Assembly (NCBI RefSeq): GCF_009914755.1
Contig: NC_060928.1
DNA length: 64,000 bases
Direction: 5' to 3' (one strand)
From: the human T2T-CHM13v2.0 reference genome, Homo sapiens
The position numbers were made by a program, and so were the translations under genes. Shown piece after piece: positions 45,583 to 57,632 of the stretch (its first letter is position 1; every line of letters begins with the position of its first letter). The notes under the pieces were generated by a model, which saw only the letters and a list, made by a program, of their open reading frames with translations, did no database searches and was not told the origin of the DNA.

Positions 45583-45808
45583 GGAATTCTGTCAAAGGAG
45601 TCCGTGAACAAATGGATAAATAGAGTTGTCATTGACTGAGATGGAGAACACTATGGTTATGGCATATGGGGGCGGTGAGTTGGGAAATTCAGTTTTGAAT
45701 ATGTGAGTTTGAGATGTCTTTTAGACTATACGGTAGGCTTTTAAATATTGAATGTAAGAATTTGGAGTTAAGAAGACCTGTCAGAACTAAAGATATAATT
45801 GTGGGTGT

Positions 45809-46190
45809 TGTTACAGTTTGAATGTTCGTCCCCTCCAAACTCATGTTGAAATTTAATTCCCTATGTGGCAATATTGAGAGGTGGGACTTTTAAGAGGTAG
45901 TTGGGTCATGAGGACAGAGCCCTCCCAAATAAATGAATCTATTCATGAATTAATAGATTAATGAGTTAATGAATTAATAGATTAATGAGTTATCACAAGA
46001 TTGGGACTGGTGGCTTTATAAGCAGAGAGAGGAGAGACCTGAGTTAGCACACTTGGTCCCCTCACCATGTGATGCTCTCCACTGCCTTGGGACTGTGCAG
46101 AGTCCCCACCAGCAAGAAGGCTCTCACCAGATATGGGCTCTCAACCCTGAGCTTCTCAGTCTCCATAACTGATAAAAATAAATTGTTTCA

Positions 46191-46225
<35 letters not shown>

Positions 46226-46372
46226 CTTCATATATATATATATACACACACACTATATATATGAAGCAATTTATATATATATACACACACGTGTGTGTGT
46301 GTGTGTGTGTGTGTGTATAAATTGCCCAGTGTCAGTTATTCTATTATAACCACCAGAAAACAGACTAGGACA
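45809..46372 (+). mobile_element. MSTB-family MaLR solo LTR
   Basis: tgttacagtttgaatg...ctcatgttgaaatttaat...ccccaccagcaagaaggc...cagaaaacagactaggaca; TSD ggtgt/ggagt. Confidence 0.85.
46193..46320. repeat. Compound (TA)n/(CA)n/(TG)n microsatellite
   Basis: Read directly from the sequence; alternating purine-pyrimidine tract. Confidence 0.95.
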
Positions 46373-47799
46373 GGAGTCTTCAAAATACAAAGCATGTATC
46401 AAACCAATGCCTGGATATAAAGATTGTGGCTAGAGAGGAGAAGACTAAAGATTGAACCCTGAGCCACTACATCAGTTAGTGAGATAAGAGAACTTCCAAA
46501 GAGACTGAGAATGCATGGCTCCGGGTCAGAAAATCCAAGAGTGCTGCTTTGGAAGCCAACAGAAGAAAGGATCTTCAGGAGAAGGGAATGATCCTCTCAG
46601 TCAAATGCTGTTGATAAAGTTAAATGTGAGCCTAGAGTTGGTCACAGGATTCAGCAACTTGGAGGTCACGGGTGATCCTAACTAGTACCATTTCACTGGA
46701 GTGATGGGAACAAAAACTGGACTGGAGTAAGTGAAGAAGAGTAGGAGGTGGGACTTGGAGAAACTGAGTCTGGTAAGGAGTTTTTGATGCAAAATTGAAT
46801 AGAGAGATGTGTCAGTAACTAGAGAGAGAAGAGGGGTAAGGTTTTGTTTTAGGTTTGATTGTATGTTAGGGATGACAGAAATAAAAGCACAGTTGAACTG
46901 ATGGGAAGGATACAGTAGAGAAGAATGTTTTGATGTTTTGATGGCATAGGAGAAAGACAGAGGGGAGAACTGTTAGAGTGAGGCATGATGTCCCTGAGTA
47001 GGGGAGATGAAAGTAAATCCAGGGTCTAGTGTACCAGATAAGGAATTAGCCAAGTGATGAGATGCATCATATTTCCACCAGGAGAGGAGGTAGACATTTC
47101 ACTTCAATAGCCAAAAGGAAGGCAAAATATATGGGCACAAAAGCTGGCATGGATGGGGGATGTGGTAAAGGAGGTTTATGAAAATTCTCGTCTGATTGCT
47201 TTTAAATTATATTTTTTGGCTTTGAAAAATCCACGGAACTTTAATATCTGTTATGAAGGAGTAATAGGGAGATTTTCATCTATAATATGAGTTGTAGAAC
47301 ACTTTGAAAAATGAAGCCTGTCTCCAAAGATAATTAAGTATTCCCTTAATTTTAATGACACGTCTGTGACTCATTAGTGGATCTCTCTTTTCCTTTCAAG
47401 GCAATAATAAAATAACAGTCATACAATTTAAGTATTATTTTCTAACATTTCTATTTATTACTTTTATTCTGTTTGAATTTTTACTGTTACTCTTTCCACT
47501 GCAGTGACAAAAAAGAGGTTATTCTTACCTTATCTATATACAGCTACATTTTGACATTTGGATTTTTAATCTACCAACATCTAGCCCAAGGCATCACATC
47601 CTTTCAATTTATCTGAAGAATGTTACTGTTGTATTTTTGAAAGAGAAGAAATATAATGTCTAATAATAAAACTAATAGCAACAATAAGAATAATCAGCAT
47701 TAATTAACTGTTTATATACTGCTAAATGTTTTACACTTCACACAGATTACATCTTTTAATTCTCACAAAAAACTATGAGTTAGGAACTATTATAACAAT

Positions 47800-48306
47800 C
47801 GTTATAAATAAAGTTTCGGTGCCGCAAAAGAAATAGCACTTGAATATAAAATTTTCTTTGTAATTCTCAGCAAGTCAAGTTATTTCTATAGATGGGTACT
47901 CCCTTACAGAGGGAGCAATGGTGAGCCCACTTGGACAAGGGCAGGGAAGGGGTTCTTAACCCTGACGCGCGTGGCCCCTGCTGCTCTGTCCTTCCCCTAT
48001 TGGCTAGGGTTAGACTGCACAGGCTAAACTCATTCCAATTGGCTGATTTAAAGAGAGTGACAGGGTCAGGATAAGTGGTTTGGCGGGAAAAATGGTTATG
48101 CAGGGTGGAGAATGAGTTAGGGAGGAGCAGGTAGCAGGTAATCAGAATGAGTCAGGGTGGAGCAGGTGATTGAAATGAGTCAGGGTGGAGCAGGTAATCG
48201 AGAAAGGTTGCTTTATGAGGAAGTAAAGTTTAAAAGTAGAAGTCAAAGAATTGAACATACTGACATATTGATTCTTTGAAAAGAAATTTAGAACTCATAT
48301 CTACCA
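47800..48306 (-). mobile_element. LTR10A/F (HERV-I) solo LTR
   Basis: Reverse complement begins tggtagatatgagttctaaatttcttttcaaagaatcaatatgtcagtatgttcaattc; 28-bp attacctgctccaccctgactcatt repeats; ends gcggcaccgaaactttattta. Confidence 0.88.
48113..48198. promoter_or_regulatory. AP-1 motif repeat units in LTR10
   Basis: TGAGTCA at 48148-48154 and 48176-48182 (28-bp period); degenerate TGAGTTA at 48113-48119. Confidence 0.6.
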
Positions 48307-48769
48307 CACCCATTATTTATATTATGCATTTGAAGTTTTAAAAGGTTAAATAACTTGTCTATGTTTACACTGACTAAGTTACAGAGCTGGAATTTGAAAG
48401 CAAATTGACTACTCTTTACAACACCAGATTATCCCAGAAGGTTGTACGAGAAAAACCCTACCCTTTCAAATGGTAAAATGTAGGTGAATTCATCATGGCA
48501 ATGGTGTTAGCAGCAGTGCGTGGTGTGTGTTAAGTTAGTGTGTATGTGCACACATATAATTGTTAAATGTGGACACTCATGCTTATATGTAGGTTTCTAT
48601 TTATTTAGAAGTATACATCCAGTGGTTTAGAAAGCATTCCTTATTTTTTTGTTTTATATTCAAACCTACTTATGTTTCATTAATTCTTAACCTACTTAAC
48701 AACTGGTTCTCAGAACGTTTAGCGGGCATTATTCAGGCATCTATTTTAGCTGATAGAAGAAATCATATT

Positions 48770-49522
48770 CATAGATTCCTAGGGTTCAACCAATAAGAGA
48801 GAGAGAGAAATAGAGTTTGAAACAGAGGGTCGAGGAGGAGTGGCTCAGGAGTTAGTGGGGCCTGGAAATCTGAAATTCATGGTGCAATCTGACAATTTGG
48901 AAACTTAGGCAAGGGTAGATGTTGCATTCCTGAGGCAGAATTCCTTCTTCTGGAAACCTCAGTTTTCACTCTTAACGCCTCCAACTGATTGGTAGATGTA
49001 CACCCATATTATCAAGGATAATCTTCTTCACTTAAAATCAATTGATTGTAAATGTTAATTACATCTATAAAATACTTTTACAGCAACCTCTGGGCTGGTG
49101 TTTGACCAAACAATTGGTCACCATGCTGTCTTAGTCCATTTGGGCTGCTAAACAAAATACCATAAACTGAGGTGCTTAAAAAACGATAGAAATTTCTTCC
49201 TCTCACTTCTAGAGTATTGGAAGTCCAATATCAGCTCTGGCAAATTAGACGTCTAGTGAGGGCCCACTTTCTGCTTCATGGATGGCAGTTTTCTCCCTGA
49301 ATATGGTGGAAGGGGTTGAGAGGTCTCTGGTGCCTCTTTCATAAGAGCACTAATTCCATTCATGAGGGCTCCACCCACATGGCCTAATCAGCTCTCAAAG
49401 ACCCCACCTTCTAATATCATCACATTAGGGATTTGGTTTCAACATATGAATTTTGGGTGAGCACACACATTCAGTCTATAACAATAGCCTAGTGAAGGTG
49501 GCATATAAAATTAACTACCACA
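48770..49522 (-). mobile_element. MLT2D-like ERV-L solo LTR split by MSTD/MLT1A
   Basis: gaggcagaattccttcttctggaaacctcagtttt...caactgattgg...tttgaccaaacaa, resuming atagcctag...ataaaattaactaccaca. Confidence 0.75.
49127..49483 (-). mobile_element. MSTD/MLT1A1-like MaLR solo LTR
   Basis: tgtcttagtccatttgggctgcta...ataagagcactaattccattcatgagggctccaccc...cacattcagtctataaca. Confidence 0.8.
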
Positions 49523-49736
49523 GTAAATATTCCTTGTGATAAGATAAATAATTCCTAGATTACTGCAGAAAATATAATACTGAGTATTACATACATGTTG
49601 AGAGGTGTTCCTGAGCACTGCTGCATGTTTGGATGCTTGTTCATGGCAACAGTAACTTCTCAGGTATTTTGCTTAATAAGCTTTTATGTCTGACATGCAG
49701 AGAAAAACATAGTCTATGTTTGCAGTAGCAATTATA

Positions 49737-52500
49737 GTAGAGACTGCTCTCCGTGGACCAAAACTTGTGCTTCTCCTTTCATGTTATAGAGCTGTCAGCT
49801 GGATGCAGCTGCCTAGCCAGGGACTACCTGTCCCAGATCCCTATTCCTTACCTTCAGGCGGGGCAATGTGACTAATTCTCACAAATAAAATTTGAGCAGA
49901 AGAAATGTTAGTTTCAGGCTGATATGGTTTGGTTCTGTGTCCCCACCCAACTCTCACCTTGAATTGTAACAATCCCCATGTATCATGGGAGGGACCAGTT
50001 GGAAGGTAATTGAATCATGGGGGAGGTTTTTCCCGTAAGTTGGTCTCCTGATGGTAAATAAGTCTCATGAGATCTGAAGGTTTTATAAGGGGCAGTTCCA
50101 CTGCACATGCCTTCTTGCAGGGGCAAGGCAACCCTTTGCCCTTCCTTCATCTTCTGCCATGATTGTGAGGCCGCCCCAGCCATGTGAAACTGTGAGTCCT
50201 TTAAACCTCTTTCCTTTATTTATTTCCTTAAATTACCCAGTCTCACGTATGTCTTTATTAGCAATGTGAGAATAGACTAATACAGTAAATTGGTATCAGG
50301 TAGTTGGGCATTGCTGTGAAGATACCCGAAAATGTGGAAGTGATTTTAGAACAAAGTAACAGGCAGAAGTTGGAACATTTTGGAGGGCTCAGAAGAAGAT
50401 AGGAAAATGTGGGAAAGTTTGAAATCTGCTAAAGAGTTGAAAGGCTCAGAAGACAGGAAGATGTGGGAAAGTTTGGAACTTCCTAGAGACTTGTTGAATG
50501 GCTTTGACCAAAATGCTGATAGTGATATGGACAATAAGATCAAGGCTGAGGTGGTCTCAGATGGAGACAAGGAAATTGTTGGGAACTGGAGGAGTAAAGA
50601 TCACTCTTGCTATACTTAAAGACTGGTGGCATTTTGCCCCTGTCCTAGAAATATGTGGAACTTTGAACTTGAGAGAGATGATTTAGGGTATCTGGTGGAA
50701 GAAATTTCTGAGTGATAAACTGTTCAAGAGGAAGAAGAGCGTAAAAGTTTAGAAAATTTTCAGCCTGATGATGCAATAAAAAACAAAAGCCCATTTTCTG
50801 GGGAGAAATTCAAGCCTGATGTAGAAATTTGCGTAACTAACAAGGAGCCCAATGTTAACCACTAAGGCCATGGGGAAAATGTCTCTAGGGCATGTCAGAG
50901 ACCTTTGCAGCAGTCCCTCTCATCATAGGCATGGAGACCTAGGAGGAAAAAATGGCTTCACGGGCTGGGCCCAGGCCCCTCCTGCTGTGTGCTACCTAGG
51001 GACTTGGTGGCATGTGTCCCAGCTGTTCCAGCTGTGGCTAAAAGGAGCCAAGGTACAGCTCAGGCTGTGGCTCCAGAGGGTGCAAGCCACAAGCCTTGGC
51101 AGCTTTCATGTGGTGTTGATCCTGCAGGTGCACAGAAGTCAAGAATTGAGGTTTGAGAACTTCCTCCTAGATTTCAGAGGATGTGTGGAAATGCCTGGAT
51201 GTCCAGGCAGAAGTTTGCTGCAAGGGCAGGGCCCTCATGGAGAACCTCTGCTAGGGCAGTGCAGAGGGAAATGTGGAGTTGGAGGACCCACAGAATCCCT
51301 ACAGGGGCACTGCCTAGTGGAGCTGTGAGAAGAGGACCACCATTTTCCAGACCCTAGAATGGTAGATCCACCAATATCTTGCACTGTGCACCTGGAAAAT
51401 TTGCAGACACTCAATGCCAGTCCATGAAAGCAGCCAGGAGCGGGACAGTACCCTGCAAAGCCACAGGAGTGGAGCTGCCCAAGGACATGGGAGCCCACCT
51501 CTTGCATCAGTGTGACCTAGATATGAGACATGGAGTCAACTGAGATCATTTTGGAGCTTTAAGATTTGACTGCCTTGTTGGATCTTAGACTTGCATAGGA
51601 CCTGTTGGCCCCTTTGTTTTGGCCAATTTCTCCCATTTTGAATGGCTGTATCTACCCAGTGCTTGTACTCCCATGGTATCTAGGAAGTAACTAACTTGCA
51701 TTTGATTTTACAGGCTCATAGGCAGAAGGGACTTGCCTTGTCTCAGATGAGACTTTGGACTGTGGACTTTTGGGTTGATGCTGAATGAGTTAAAACTTTG
51801 GGGGACTGTTGGAAGGCATGATTGGTTTTTAAAAGGATGTGAGATTTGGGAGGGGCCGGGGCAGAATTATATGGTTTGGTTCTGTGTTCCCACCCAAATC
51901 TTACCTTGAATTGTAATAATCCCCACATGTCATGGGAGGGACCTGGTGGGAGATAATTGAATCCCATGCCATTTTTGTGATAGTGAATAAGTCTCACAGA
52001 TCTGATGGTTTTATAAAGGGCAGTTCCCCTGCACATGCTCTCTTTACTGCTACCATGAAATACATCCCTTTTCTCTTTCTTAATCTTCCACCATGATTAT
52101 GAGGCTTCCCCAGCCATGTGGAACTGTGAGTCCATTAAACCTCTTTCCTTTATAAATTACCTAGTCTTGGGTATGTCTTTATTAGCAGTGTGAGAACAAA
52201 CTAATACACAGGCTAATCCTGTAAAGGAGAAGGTTGTCTTTCTCCACACATTTTTTCCATCTACTGAATGGAGAAGACTCTGAGATGCTAAGAAACAGTG
52301 GAAAGACAGGGTGGAAGGACCTAGGTTGCTGAAGCACCTCGTGGAATAAAGTCACTGCCAACAGAGCTGCCTCCATTGAGCACCTGCATGAATAAGATGT
52401 GCTGTTGTATTATGTTAGCAGCTCTGTGTCATTAGACACTTGCATGAACAAGGACAATTATTTCATCATGTTAATCTATTAAACTCTTGGAGTAAGATTA
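49737..52500 (+). mobile_element. MLT1J-like LTR split by THE1 (pieces 49737-49919 and 52209-52500)
   Basis: ggcggggcaatgtgactaattctc...tttcaggc resumes ...gaaagacagggtggaaggacctagg. Confidence 0.55.
49920..52208 (+). mobile_element. Full-length THE1B/C MaLR (LTR 49920-50284, internal 50285-51866, LTR 51867-52208)
   Basis: tgatatggtttgg...ctaataca LTRs; perfect 5-bp TSD CAGGC (49915-49919 / 52209-52213); purine-rich tract gggaggggccggggcagaa before the 3' LTR. Confidence 0.94.
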
Positions 52501-52642
52501 TATTAACCTGAACCAAGACAAAACTGGGAGTACACATTTGGACCTTCACATCAGTAAACTGGTTCTTTAGGAAGGGGTCTTTCCTAGTGACTAACCTCAT
52601 AGCTGCTTTCTGGTTTTTGTTTTGTTTTGTTTTTCAGTGATG

Positions 52643-52768
52643 CTAGAATGTAAGCTGCATGTGAGCAGGAATTTTTGTCTGTTTTGCCATTGATGTATCT
52701 GAAGCAACTAGAAGAAATACCTGGCATAAGATAGCATTCAGCAATTAGTTGCTGAATAAGCAAATGAG
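52643..52768 (+). mobile_element. L2 3' end
   Basis: ctagaatgtaagctgcatgtgagcaggaatttttgtctgtttt...cctggcata. Confidence 0.75.
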
Positions 52769-54203
52769 CAAAAAGAAAATATTATCTTCTAACTAGTGAT
52801 TGGACTGTCATCATGCATAAATTGAAAAAATGCAATGTAAAACTATGAAATAGATTTTTATATAACTGTGTTTCTCTATCTCCATAAATAGAATGTTACA
52901 AAGTTTTATGTTATTAATGGTAACAAAATAATTTCTGAAATTTTATGGCATAGTTTTCAGAGTTTTTTGAAAACTACTTGGCAGCTCTAAAAACTGCAAG
53001 AGTGTCACATAAATGATAATGCAAAGGGTTAATAAGGAAGAGGTAGCGTTGATCCCATAAGGCATGGAAGATTGTGTGGGCCTTCAGATCAAAAGGGAGA
53101 TGTGTATATATGTGTAAGAATATCACTGTGTCATAAGAGATTAATTGTTTGGTTTAAGTTACATCTCAAAAAGTAATACACTGCATGAAGTGGATAAAGA
53201 ACTGAAGATTTAACCCTGGGGAACAGTTGTGGCTGTAATTCCATGACTTTTACTTTCTTCTATAATAAAGTTTAAGGAGAGTCTGAAAATTTAGGATAAA
53301 TGAGAAATAAGCTTAGTACAAGCAGTGGGTGGGGGGCTCTAAAAGGTAATTCTCTGGGCATCATCATCTTGGCTGAAATGGGCATCTGGCATCTACTTGG
53401 TCTGGATATTAACTTATGTAAATCTCTGGGAGCTTCATTTCCTTGGGTAAAGGAAATGAAATAAAAAACTAAAAATGAGTGAAACTACACAAATGAATGA
53501 AACCACGTGTAATTTACTATACTATAGGTTGAAGAGGAAAATATATACAAAATTCATGACTACCATACAGTATCTTTTTGGTATTAATGTCCGACTTTCC
53601 CTCTTCACTCCTTGCCCCTCTCTCCCCAAACACACATGTATAGAGAATCACTAGAAATGAGTGATAGATCCTGAGCTAAATTTGTCTACAGGACATTTCT
53701 GCCATGGTCAAGTTTGTATCTTATTAGGCTTTCACCATTTTGTTCACAAATTCCATTTTATGGAGTCTCAAAATATAACATTTCATATCCCTAGCACAGA
53801 ATCAGTGGCAGAAATTTTCCATATTTCCATTCACAGCTCGTATGTTATATCTTCATACCTTTCTAGAACCCTTTTCACTGCTTGTCCTGCCTACATAGAT
53901 TTATATAATTTGGTTCTTTAGGGGTTTCCCTCTTTTTCAATAGCCCTCTGCTATTATGGCCTCAGGGATAATTTACTTCTGTGTAAAGTCACCCATGTGC
54001 TCCTTTCTTTTTAAATGCCTAAATCTCTCTGGTCATAACTTGTATGTCTCTCTGCCACGCTTCCACAGTGGGAAGGACAGATTTCCATAATAAGGCTGAA
54101 CTAAAACTGGCCTCCTAGTTGCATTCTTTCCTGATAAAAGTGTTCTTCTTTCTAATGCCATTAAATATTTCCCTTGGCTGCAACACTGTATTTTACTGTT
54201 TGA

Positions 54204-54528
<325 letters not shown>

Positions 54529-55049
54529 CCTTCTGTCTTTATTATAGGAGATATTATTATTTCCGTGATAGTTCAGGAACCAAGTCTCAGAGGAATATAG
54601 GGGTGGGTTAGACTGGGTGTTGCTCACTCTTGTGATGAGTTCCAGACAGATGACCCTGTAAAAAGCATTACTGGACCACCCAGAAGGCACAGCCTAAGAA
54701 GGCCATCCTTCTGGGAATGTTGCCACACCTTTCAATGAGCTACAGAGCTAACCCATGGTAACAATTGGTATGGAGGCACACTGTCTTATTCTACCTGAGA
54801 AACAGGCATAATAAAACTGTAGAATTCCACTTAGCCTGTTGTATCACATACTATTTAGTTTTTTTCCTGAAGCCTACCTACCTTCTCCCTCTCAATTTTT
54901 GGATTTTTTTATCAGCTACTCTGTCCTTTTCATTTTTCCTGGACTTTCTCTATTCCTCATTTTTGTTTTTATGAAAGCATGGCCTTTTAAAATGCCCACA
55001 TATAACACTCTTAAGTTCACCAGATAAAACAATAACAATAATTACAAAA

Positions 55050-55240
55050 GGTTTCACTTATTGCGAATGCTTTATGTATATTAATACACTGTATAATCTT
55101 TGTAGCAAATTCATGATATTAGATTGCTTTTCTTTTTCCCCATTTTACTGAGCTAAACTGAAAATTAGAGAATTAGCAAGTTGTTCAAAGCCACATAGCT
55201 AATAAAAGGCAGGATTCAAAGCTTGGTCCAATTGACTCGA
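55050..55240 (-). mobile_element. MIR
   Basis: cccattttactgagctaaactgaa...ttgttcaaagccacatagcta...ggattcaaa. Confidence 0.65.
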
Positions 55241-55353
55241 GAAGACATGATTTATGGATCCAATAAATAACGAGTGAGTGCATTGGTGATAGAGACACAA
55301 CAATGACAAAACAGGCTGATCACTCACCTCACAGAGCTTACATTCCTCTGGAG

Positions 55354-55874
55354 TGTCAAAGAAACATTACACCAGACATATTAAGCAGGGAAGGAAGACT
55401 TTATTCAAGACTATTGCAATAGAAGAGAGAGAGAGAGAAAGAGAGAGAGAAAATGAACTCAACTCCCGTAACACAGAACCCTGGAGTGTTTTTCTTATGG
55501 GGATGAACAAGTAGAAAAGTATTGGAGGAACTTAAGGTGTCTATGTGGTCAGATCATTTGTGTTGCTAATTTGGCACTTATGGAAGTTAAGCTTCTACCT
55601 TACCCCAGAGACTGGAAGATAGGGATGCAATTTTTCTTGATGATTGCACTGCAAAGGAATGAATCCCAGGTACTTAAGAAAGACATTCCTGGATTGTCAA
55701 ACTGATAAAAGGCTGGGAGAAGATTTACATTTCAAAAGGGCAGAGAAAGAATTTACAACAGCAAATTTTCTACTGTAAATGCTTGAAGAAAAGGAAGATG
55801 GGACATCAACAGTCAAGAAGAAATCTGTCTAAAGTTTAGTCAAGCTAAAGAAATCATTAAGATCATCTTGGTCA
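55354..55874 (-). mobile_element. MER67/MER31-group ERV1 solo LTR inserted in an L2 fragment
   Basis: tgtcaaaga...ggaagactttattcaagactattgcaatag...agtttagtcaagct...cttggtca; perfect 4-bp TSD GGAG (55350-55353 / 55875-55878). Confidence 0.8.
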
Positions 55875-56629
55875 GGAGAGAGACAAAAATATGTAGTGAA
55901 TGTCCTATCAAGCAGGATACAGATGTTGCGGTGGGGGAGTTTCTATTTTATGTGGTTATGTGACTTTGTCCTAGTTTCTATCTAGAATAGAGGTTTTAAG
56001 CTCCCAGTTCCTGATTTATGGAGAAGCTAGTTGATATTAAGGGGAAATATTTCCTGAAGACAAAAACATTACTACTGACTTGGTCTTTACTAGAATACAC
56101 ACTGCCAGATTGGTTCTCCTGATTTATCCCCTGATCCCAGGGCTTTTCAGCCATTATATTCAATGCACATTATTTTCGGACCATTAGCATAAGCAAATAG
56201 GCTACTATTGACCACCCTGACCGTCTTCTCCCACCCCAAGTTTCTATACCATCTAACCCAAGACCTTGTTATAACCGTCTCTTAGATAACATGGCTATCT
56301 TCTCGTTCTCCTTAAAGAAAACATCCCAAGGCACTTCAGCTCCCTCCTACCCCTTCCAAATCTGGCATATTTGCCTAATAAGCCTAAATATACAGTGTTC
56401 ATGTATTCCATTTTCTGGATAATAGCATTATTTATGCAATCTCTAAAAGACAGAAAAGACACTTCAGCACTTTAAAAAGTAATGTCCCCACTTGGGTAAT
56501 CAAGCAGACTTTTTAGGAGCCCTCTCACTGGCTAAATCCGGAAGAGCAACTGCCTAATAGCAAATGTAATCTCCAGCAGGGCACCTCTATGCCATTATAC
56601 TATTCTTATTATCCTTTTTTTGTCAAAAA

Positions 56630-56755
56630 AATTTTACAAAGCTACATTTCAAACATAAGAAGACTGAGGCTTAAAGATTTTTATTCAAGCCACGTAGCTA
56701 TTAAGCAGGAGAACTGAGATGTAAACCCAGGTTATTTTAATTCCAAAGATGTGTT
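56630..56755 (-). mobile_element. MIR
   Basis: aagaagactgaggcttaaaga...caagccacgtagcta...gaactgagatgtaaacccagg. Confidence 0.6.
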
Positions 56756-57330
56756 CTTTGAAATTTTTGTTTCCATTATTACATGCTACTACCAATCAAG
56801 TTTTATTTTTGGGGATAGGGGAATAAAACCTAAATATTATGACTTTTATTTGTTCATGGAAAACATAGGCATTTTTAATGATATCGCAATGAAACATAAG
56901 AAATATTATTCTGGTCTAATGTAGGGTTTCTCATGGGGTTCAATAATTATTACTGAGTTCTCTATTCAAATGTTCTTTTCATAATAGATCACTTGGGAAA
57001 AGGCTAAATGATATCAATTAGTCATTTTTATTTCAACATTAGGAGGAACTATTTTACCAGCTTATTCTTTTCCTTTGTGGCTTTATAGGCTCCATCCATC
57101 TTGTTCTCTTTAGAGATAAGAATATTGCAGAAAATGGAGAGTACCACAGGGCAAATTTCAATTACTCTGTGGAATATTAGCTATTTTACCTTGTTTGCTT
57201 AAGAGGTTTTTTTTCTGATTAAAGAATTATAATTTAAAAGGCAGAAGTAACTGTTCCTTTCATATTACTTCACAGTTCATCTCTCTTCTCTCTGGGGCTG
57301 ACTTATGCCCACAAGGCTGATTCTAATTCC

Positions 57331-57632
<302 letters not shown>

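Larger units (their letters stand above)
44770..46960 (-). mobile_element. Long L2 fragmented by an LTR, an Alu and an MST
   Basis: ggatatattttgaag, ttcagttttgaatatgtgagtttgagatgtc, tcaaatgctgttga, gcaacttggaggtcac, in colinear L2 order. Confidence 0.7.
47690..48420 (-). mobile_element. MIR split by LTR10
   Basis: ttaattctcacaaaaaactatgagttaggaactatt then aaggttaaataacttgtc...agagctggaatttgaa. Confidence 0.6.

Noticed and set aside
45945-45992. atgaattaatagattaatgagtta duplicated in the MST LTR
   Set aside because: MSTB-family LTRs carry a similar repeat at this position natively
54620-54730. Possible ancient RTE/L4 LINE remnant (KALLDHPEG)
   Set aside because: Similarity too weak to support without an HMM search
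55248-56130. TGATTTAT(GG) PBX-HOX-like motifs
   Set aside because: Scattered and plausible by chance in AT-rich DNA
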